Shown here: positions 54,816 to 64,000 of the stretch, one piece after another
Layout: every line of letters starts with the position of its first letter
How positions within the stretch are numbered: the stretch's first letter is position 1
Assembly (NCBI GenBank): GCA_964016885.1
Contig: OZ024746.1
Coordinates: 33,418,001 to 33,482,000, forward strand
Direction: 5' to 3'
DNA: 64,000 bases
Source of the DNA: Eledone cirrhosa
Taxonomy: Eukaryota
The notes under the pieces: model-generated
Told to the model about the DNA's origin: nothing
The model's database searches: none
What the model saw: only the letters and a program-made list of their open reading frames with translations
Made by a program: the position numbers and the translations under genes

Positions 54816-55217
54816 AAGGACGATTTGTTAAGCCTTCGTTACGTTTATTGATTGGTGACTCCCTGGATATATATATATATATATATACATGTATATATGC
54901 GTGTGAGTGTGTGAGTGTGTGTGAGTTTGTGTGTAGTTGTGTGTGTGTGTGTATGTGTGTGTGTGTGTGTGTGTGTGTTTATATAATTCTGCTGCTTAGT
55001 GCAAAAAGTAATCTATATCATAATTAATTGCTAAAACGTGTGCCATTAACAGTATGTTTGGAAACTTTTTTTGATTTCTATTGATTATAAGGTATCTGAT
55101 ACGAATTGATTAAAAAAATAGGATGTAATGAAGGATAACATAAACCGTAATTAAACCTCTATCTCCAAGTGTACATTTCAAGACCTCATCCGCCATATAT
55201 ATTTGTATGGGTGGGTA

Positions 55218-55286
<69 letters not shown>

Positions 55287-56529
55287 TCTCTCACACACAT
55301 ATGCACATGTATATATATATACATGAATATTCTTCTGCGCGACAATGAAGTAGAAAGCACGACTCAGCAGGTTAACCGACCTACCAACAATACAGAATAA
55401 ATCCTATCCTGTGTAGCTGTGTGATACACAGGTTATACACCTTAGAAGGGGAACGCCTTATTAAATATATCGTTCCCGAATTTAAAGGAAACACGACGAA
55501 AAGGAAATACATACCAAGTTTAAGGAAAAGTGGTTCAACTCCTGTTACACATTTAGATGATAAGATAAGAGAAATAGGCCGGCTCTACCGGAACTGGTGT
55601 GGAGACTTCACCTTAATAACACGAAATATTCCCTTTCGAGGTTTAAAATGTTAAAGGGGACGCTCCGACGCATGTTGTTTGTGTAATTTGGAGGTCACGG
55701 TGATTATAACTCTATGGTTATCAATTGAAGGACGGACCTATTCAACTCTTGCCCTCATAGCCCAGTCAAAACTTCAGTAGTTATAGGAAACGTGTGAAAT
55801 ACATTTTCTACACAATAACTACACACGAATTTCACACATATTGCCTCATGTACTAACCACACATGCATACTAATTTTCCTTATATTTTGATTACCTATAT
55901 CTGTAGGGCATTTTATATTTAAAAAAAAATATTGTACAGTAATTTTTATTACCTCTATCTTAAATATTCGTAATGTGTATTTATATTCTTATATTCTTAG
56001 CGTTTATACATATATTATCTATGATGTATTCTTCAGATCCTATAAAATGTGTGTGAGGTGCTATTCCCACCACATGCAATACGCTTCATTACCTTTGACC
56101 TTTTATTTTTATTAAATTTCTATTTCTTATTTTTTTCTCCTCATTTCTTTAGTTTGTAATTTTGAATTTATTATCATTATATATAATTATATTTTTCCCA
56201 TCTTATCTTTCATTATTTTATTAGTTCAATTGCTGGCCTTGTACCAAAAGTAGAAACAATTATTTTATTAGTTCCTAATTTAAAATTTAATATTTAATTA
56301 TATTTTTCATATCTTATGTTTTTTCTTCCCTTTCCTATATTTCTAATTATTTTTTACTTTCATTCTACTTGTGTTCTACTTTTTCCCTTCTTTTCATTTC
56401 CTTATTTTACTCCTCATCGATATTTTTCCTGACAAAGGACTATGTAACCGTATTATAAGTGTTATTATATTTTAGCACTTTATTTTCATATTTACTTTTT
56501 ATTTTATTTACAATTTATCGCAACTGAAT

Positions 56530-58140
56530 AATGTCAAGGTTACAGGAGGACAACAGGGATCATATTTGCAACGTAAAAAAGGTTGGCTAATGCAAGCTGA
56601 AGCCAAAAATATATAATGCAATGGAGTTCTGAAATACATAAGAAAGATAGCACAATAGAAACAATTACCTGATAAAGTCAGCAAGTATTGTTGTAGCAGA
56701 AAATATGAGGGTCGATGTCAAGGCAAGCAACAAAATGTGAGACGAAAGAAAAGAGCCATGATGAAAAAGGTGAATACAGGCCAGTATAGATACTCACTTG
56801 AAGGACATTTCTGTCTTTGTCCGATAAGAGAACAGGGAGCTTAGAAATGAGAAATGATACAGAGTACTGGAAAGAAAGTATGGCATTGAAAGAAAATGCC
56901 TAAAGTTAGTAATGGAGCCTCGTAAGTAATGTCTCATAACAGCCAAAGCAAGGATGGCTCGATACGAACAGAGAATAAAGCAATATTATCAAGATAGACT
57001 ATTCAGAGAAGACCAAAATAGATTTCTCCGAGGCATAAATGGAGAGTTTACAGAGGAAGTTATTATACCAGATAACATTGAAAGGCAAAAACTTTCGACT
57101 GACATTTGGAGTAAAGAGAAAGAGCAAAAAGGAAGACGCTTAATGGTTAGAAGATCTTAAATAAAAAACAGTTTGCCCACAGCAGAGAGCAGTTTAACCT
57201 AGGGACATGAAGGATGCCAGAAAAAACAAGGAGCAACTGGAAGTCTCCGGAACTAGATGGAGTTCAAGGCTACTGGGTATGTTTAGTCAATGCCATGAAC
57301 GAATTTTTAAAGAACTCAACACATTGTTAAATGCTGACCAAGTGATATCGAAGTGCTTGAAAAGGGCAGGACGGTTTTGAGCTTAAAACATCGCTAAAGG
57401 AAATGCGGTAGACAACTACAGACGGATAACAAGCCTACTACATATGTGGAAACTATTGACAGGAATGATCGCATAATCAATGTACGTGCGTCTTGAAGAA
57501 AATGGAATTCTACCAGATGAACAGAAATAGTGCAAGCTTAAGAGCAGAGGTAGCAAGTACCAGCGTTTGATATCAAGAAGAGGATAACCAACTTGACCAT
57601 GCCGTAGTTCGATTAGCGCAAAACCTATGGCACGATTCTTCACACTTGGATTATTGTATGTCTTGAATTATTTGGTATTGCATCAAATGTTGAACGACTG
57701 TTAAGGGAAATTATGAAAAAGTGGAAGACTGCACTTACAGCATATGGAAGAAATTTAGGAACAATAGAAATCAAGAAAGGTATATTCGAAGGGAACAGTC
57801 TGTCACTACTGATGTTTCTAATGTGCATGATATAACTGACAATGATCTTTAGAAAGGCTAAGGCTGGGTAACATTTCAAAAGTCGCCAGAAAAAAAAATC
57901 AACCACTAATTATTTATGACAACCTGAAACTTCACGATAAAAAGGAATCCCAGCTTGGTTCCATCGATTATACAGTATATACATTTAGTACTAACATCAG
58001 ATTGGAGTTCGGATTATCAAAGAGTGGTGTGTTAATCCTGAACACAGGCAAAATAAAAGCATTGAGGGGTTGGTGTTGTTATTAGGGAAGTGTATGAAGC
58101 AAATAGAAGCGGATGGTTATAATTACTTAGGGATATATGG
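56530..58140 (+). pseudogene. Degraded R4/Dong-type LINE reverse transcriptase region
   Basis: RYEQRIKQYYQDRLFREDQ..F, NWKSPELDGVQGYW, GRTVL, NYRRITSL..MWKLLTG, IKKGIFEGNSLSLLMF, LEFGLSK; many stops. Confidence 0.85.
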
Positions 58141-61100
58141 ATATGCAAATGAGGCCAAGTCAATCTACATAGGCACAAACACGATATGGTTTCGCTTGCT
58201 TCAAGGTCCAGCAGAAAGCAGTGCGGGAAGCACTGTCCTGATGACAGCCTGAGTCAGAAACGCGTTGGCAGTTGTCCCCCGCTACTTTTACTGGAATCCG
58301 GTAGATGGTGCTCGCCGTCATTTTTACAATATTCATAGCTAAACAGATTTCCAAATGTTATTAGTAAACACAACGTATATCATTAGATATACACAATTTA
58401 CACACACACACACATAAATATATATATGTGTGTGTGTGTGTATATGTTTGTGTGTAATTTGTTATTTATAGACGAAAGAATGGAAATAAATATAATAGTA
58501 ATAGTAGTCTTTGTTAACTGAGAGAATAATCGAAGCCGCTATCCGAAGACATAATATATTTAAACAGGTTTGCATGTTGTATAGAAGAGACGTAAGATGA
58601 TATGGAATTGAAAGTGAAGTATTTGAAATATCACTTTCAAAAATCGTTTAAAATATTAGGAACTGTTTCTGAGGTTGAATGATAAAATTACCGGTTATAT
58701 AACTTTAATTCAAAACAGCACAGAGTGCAAAGGGCTGAATTCCCAAATGGGAAGAAGATGCAAATCAGTTCTGGGAGATCAGACTTATAAAAGATGGTAT
58801 AACTGTAATAGGAGCCTCATGAAGTAACATTTCATCGAATATTTCCTATTTCTGTTTCTATAGGTTTCTCAAGTGTGAATTGATATGTATTTAATAGTTA
58901 CCTTTAGTATTATGAGGTCCCCACAAAACTCCTTCTTAACTATTGCGGTTGGAGTATTTTACCATTATATAATTTTCATTTTATTTGGTTGCGCCAACGA
59001 TGCACTCTAAAATGTCGAAATTGCGTATATGTTATGTTATTCGTTGAATAATTTCAAACATGTTTTTTAAAAATTACCAATGTGAGACCTTGATTGTTGT
59101 TTTTGTAAATCTGAACTCTATTACATCTAGTGGGTTAAGTGTTATACATTATATCTGTAGCCTTTGCTTATTTGGTCATATAAAAAATATCATACGAAAC
59201 ATAAAAGGAATTCACGATATCACTGCATTCAAATGTAGAGGAATGAAGATTTGTTATTCAAGTAGAGGAATGAAGATTTGTTGTATGATGTATGCAAAAC
59301 TCAGAACGAATTGTATTTCACATCTTATGAAGAGAAAAATATAAACGTTAATTGTTAGCGACTCTCAAGTTGAATTAGTGATAATGTTAAGAAATTAAGA
59401 CTTTTAATTTCAAAAAAAATATTGTATTTTCGATCATTTTAGTATTCAGCATGTCACATTAAGAGATGTGTCGCTTTCATTTAACCTCATTAATGTATTC
59501 TTTCATCGAGCACAAATACGATGACTTTCCTTGGATAGCTAAAAATATTTATACAATTATATTTCAATTGACAAATTTTACTAATTATGAATAGCATTAT
59601 ATAAAAATACAATAATATCTATAGCTACCATGATATTATAGTGATGCCATTAGGTTTTCATAGTTGCCCTTGTTCTCTAGATATAGCAAATAAATGATCA
59701 AAGCTTTTTCTCTCATCATGTTTTTTCCTTTTTGTTTTTCCCCAAAAAGCGTGTCTATTTTTGAATTCGTTCTCCTATTTGTATATTTCATGGTATTTCT
59801 GACTGCTAATTTTCTAAAATTCTGGAAATCCTCATTGTTTTATTACTTTTTATAGGGAGAGTTGGAGTGAAAGGGTTTAATTTTTGGTTGCTATTGTCAT
59901 TGTTTATTCTCGGCTCAACAGTGAGTTATCAGTCCGGTAGTCAAACATAATGATCTTAATATCTTCATTTTTCAACACTACAATTCGTAAGCTTTCGATT
60001 GCCGTTTTAATTCAAATCTAAAATAAAAGCAATAGAAATTAAAGATTCTGAGAACGGAAATGTATTATTTTTATGGGTTGTGTAATATGCTGAAATATAA
60101 AATGGGATGGTTTTTCTTTTCTTTAAAACATTAAAAGGAAAATCATAAACGAGTGTATGATGTTAAATTGATTGTATGAATTCGAAATTTATTATAAGGA
60201 TTCGGTTTATTCGCATTTCTAATATTAACGCCTGATATTTCCCTATTTTGTTGCCCAGAATATTCAGGTTAAAATACTATAAAACCATGTTTCTATAATT
60301 TCAGCAACGCAAATATTATGCATTAGAAATGTTAAATGTTTCAATGGAACATTAAATGTCACTAAATTAATAAATGATGAATTATAGCAATGTAACTGTA
60401 TTAGAGCTGAATATCTGGTCACTAAAATTCAATTTGTTATTGATATCCATAAAGAATTCCGGCATCGTCTTATGTCTATGCGTGTCTAATAAAATTGTGT
60501 GAACGATTTCAACAGTCCCATAGAAATTAATGGATTTATGCATATTTTTTTGTGGATTTGATGTGCATCCATTCCCGCAAGGCGACGCACATCGGTACAC
60601 ACCTCACACAGCAATTTACTCTGAAGTGCTTAGGGCATCGAAAATAATCACCGACAATCGTCCAAGCTGGAGCAATATAGAATTGCAATCCAAACACTGA
60701 GATGTATTAACAGATGCAGACACTGGGGAATAAAGATCAAAATGATATATTGACCAACATATATATTGGTATACATGATATATTGACCAAAACACAATCC
60801 ATTGCAATCCGTAGAAAGCATAGCGCTGAGAATAAACATATAAAACGTTACAAGTGATGTGGAGGAGATATACATATATATAATATGAAACAACTGGTAG
60901 AATGTTACAGTCAAGACCACAATAAAATTCAAACATAACAACCCAGACATAATAATATGGGACGGCAAGCATTGTAATTGAAATCAGCTTCCCAGCAGAT
61001 GTCAATAGTATACTAACAATTTGTGAAAATGAAAACATTTATACTTAACTAATGAGGAATCTTCAAATATTCCACTCTGTCTGTACGTTTCGATTTGTAC

Positions 61101-62923
61101 CTGTGATCGATGGGCCTGTGGAATATATTTAGAACTGCCCCAGTACAAAACATGAGAATCTAGGGTTACATGGAACCAAACAGAAGACGGCTAGTTAGGA
61201 AGTTGGAAGTACCATGGAATTGTAAAAATATGTAAAGCATTTCAGAAATCCATCTTGTAATAACAGCATATACACATGTTTAGACAGAAAAATAGGGAAT
61301 TGTACACATATAACTCTCGACATACAGATCTACACATGCAATAACACCAATACCTGCACTCACACAGAAACACAAGCAGATTTACATACGTGTTTACCTA
61401 TTTGATGTTGTCAAAATTACAATAAAAGTGTATTGTTTCTATGTTGGAAGCCGACTCTATCTCTCTCGCACTCTCTATCTCTCTGTCTTTGGTGAAAATG
61501 TATAAAATGATAAAACAGTAGAACATACATCCATATATATAACTACATACACACACCAACATACATATTATTTAGCGCCAATATGTCAGAACTAATCTGA
61601 AAAACATTTGTATGCAGCCACCGTTAAAACGGGTGACGGATTAAGTGTAAATCCCAAGTAGCGTAATTAAAATTCAGAGAGCAATGGGCAAAACGAAAAC
61701 CACAAGCCATCCCGTTCAATGATTTGTTTATCTCTACTATCTATGACACAGAGGGAGGACTTTATTTTATGGACCATCGAATAATGAACGGCCAATTTGA
61801 CCTCGGTCATCTAGACTACAGATAGCACTAGAATAAGGAGAGAGAGAGGGGGAGAAAGCGATAGTAATTAATGTAAGGCATAATGACATTTCAATACGCT
61901 ACTTACATCTGAAATTTAAATATAGTGGAATGCAGAGATGAAGGTATGTATACACACAAGATAATAAATCTGACCAGCGCCAACACACCTTTTAAATTTG
62001 GGAAATCTGTTGGCAATATTCACAAAATAGAATTTAGCATCAACCCTCTACTGCTAATGTGACAATACATATGGTGATTGTTAGGTAAACTAATGAATAA
62101 AGAAATGATGTAATAAAGTTCCCCCAAATTAATGGTGCTCCTGAGATGATACACCAGGATAAAATGTATAAGTACAATAAATACATCCAATTAAGCCATA
62201 ACATCTAACGGTATGAAAACAACACATCAATTTAGAGAGAAAAAATATTAAACATAAAATTAAAGATGCTATCAGTAAAGCAACTGTAAATACATTATAT
62301 AAAGTATTCCTTATAATTTATTGTCTTTTGATTTTATATGTATTTGAAAACAACATCAACATCGATCTTTTTAACAATAGTTATCATTTAGATAATGATG
62401 TTGATTCCTGTCTTGGAATTTGAAGCAATTAAAAAAGTGGTTTCACTCCATATGTTCGGTTCACCTAAATGGCACTTATTTACATTGAAATATCCCAACA
62501 AGTATGTATCATATTATTAGATTAAATTGCCTAATCAGTCATTTCCTCTTATTCACACAGAGAGACAATACATTCTGCCAGTCAGTTATGTTCCAGATAC
62601 GTATAAGTTAAAAAAACAGTTTCCAAGTGTAAGCCAGTAAAGCTGAAGTCATCTTAGTGTTCTCCAGTGCATAACGTTTAATCAGTTTTGATATTTTAAT
62701 CATAACACATTGTTTGCTTCATAATTATTATGAACAGTAATTTCGATAAATACTGAAATGCTTAAGCATTTGATTTTTCGTTCTATCTTATATATCTCAG
62801 CCCCCAAGTGATTACATATTTGTGATATGTTTATTGTATATATGTGTGACATTTTATATATGTTCCCTTGTGAAAACCTAAATATGAATTCACAAAGCGT
62901 ATCTTACCCCAATATGCATTCGG

Positions 62924-63087
62924 GGGTAACCACAGTAAGTAAGGTACTCAATACATAGCAGAGTATAAATGTTTAATATAGAAAAGCTTCTATAGGACTA
63001 GAACTGTTTCATTCGTGAGAAATCATCAGTGCTTTCTGATGATCTCACGAATGAAACAGTTCTAGTCCTGTAGAAGCTTTTCTATAT

Positions 63088-63091
<4 letters not shown>
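62924..63091. mobile_element. Short family E foldback with two back-to-back HHR cores
   Basis: Arms ~62973-63029 and 63036-63091; homologous to 10098-10230. Confidence 0.82.
63031..63077 (+). ncRNA. Family E hammerhead (helix II shortened by 2 nt)
   Basis: gcttt-CTGATGA-tctcacgaat-GAAA-cag/ttctagtc/ctg-T-A-gaagc. Confidence 0.62.
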
Positions 63092-63136
<45 letters not shown>

Positions 63137-63139
<3 letters not shown>

Positions 63140-63324
63140 AACGAGTAGGACCCCGACGGCTGAGCTCAAGCCGTTTCGACGGCTAATTCTGGACAGAATT
63201 AGCCGTCGAAACGGCTTGAGCTCATCCGTCGGGGTCCTACTCTTCCTATTACCCACTCTACTACCCTAAGTATTGAGTACTTTGGTGCGGTATGGTCCAC
63301 TTGGTTCCTTACCACATTTCCTTC

Positions 63325-63328
<4 letters not shown>
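63137..63328. mobile_element. Short family B foldback between (TA)n tracts
   Basis: gtaggaccccgacggctgagctcaagccgtttcgacggctaattct pairs with agaattagccgtcgaaacggcttgagctcatccgtcggggtcctac. Confidence 0.82.
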
Positions 63329-63390
<62 letters not shown>

Positions 63391-63931
63391 TTTATATGTG
63401 TTATATGTCATTGCCACCCTTAATCATGGAAGTGCATTTCCGACCGCTACGTACCCAAAGCAACACGTCTCATTTCTATGTTCAGCTAAAACGACATTTA
63501 CATCACATTCGGTATTATGATCACGCCATTGAGTGAGCTTCTGCATGGACACTTATCATCTTTCAAATGCTACTCATCTCAGATATGTTCAATCGAAGAT
63601 GACTTGAGGCTAAATAACAACAGAAACTCTCCCTACTTAAATGTAGTTTTCTGGGTTGTTTTATTTGTTATTGTTTGGGATGGTTTCAAATATATTGTAT
63701 TCTGAAATAGCTAGTCCAACGCAATATGCTGTTTGTGTTTTTTTCTTTAGTGTTTAGATTATGCGCACAAAGTTCCAATTGGTGATTGTAACTGCTGTTT
63801 CATTTGCTCGAGGCTGTTGCTGTGTGATAAGTGGTGTTTCCTGGATAGGAATTAGAGAGGAACAGGTGAAAATTATAAATTGAACAGTTTCCGCTATTCT
63901 TCATTATTTTCATCATTCTTTCTGTTAAAGA

Positions 63932-63985
63932 ATATCCTATTATACTGTACATTTCATATAATATCCTATTATACTGTACATTTCA
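63932..63985 (+). repeat. Tandem duplication, 29-bp period
   Basis: atatcctattatactgtacatttca occurs twice. Confidence 0.85.
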
Positions 63986-64000
63986 GAATTATTGTTTTTG

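Noticed and set aside
55155-55480. Two HHR-like scraps (CGGATGA..GAAA-tgtaca on minus; gggaacg/cgttccc-GAA on plus)
   Set aside because: Too many deviations to support individually

Overview
This window is AT-rich, microsatellite-saturated animal DNA. The SINE families resemble those of octopus/cephalopods, which is an inference from sequence character. I found no intact host gene, and nearly all long ORFs in the track are microsatellite artefacts. Recognisable elements are: a degenerate full-length Tx1/L1-clade LINE (24.5-30.1 kb), three R4/Dong-type RLE-LINE remnants, a 2.7-kb non-autonomous LTR element (552-bp LTRs, tRNA-Trp-like PBS, TATT TSD), RTE/CR1 scraps, mariner, Chapaev-like and Tigger-like DNA transposon relics, many tRNA-derived SINEs, and a Naiad-type Penelope-like element (GIY-YIG endonuclease) forming a large foldback. 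The main hidden signal is a set of largely unrelated, mostly non-coding inserts in (TA)n tracts. About seven families carry well-formed type-I hammerhead ribozyme (HHR) motifs, and several more carry decayed ones. Three families use the compensatory U3-A8 core (UUGANAA) instead of CUGANGA, and several have very long helix II and palindromic helix III. Wherever orientation can be read, the inserts are head-to-head foldbacks with both 3' ends pointing outward. One foldback is built from circularly permuted 548-bp monomers, which suggests a circular (retrozyme-like) RNA template. All alignments and folds were done by eye. Family letters are my own labels.
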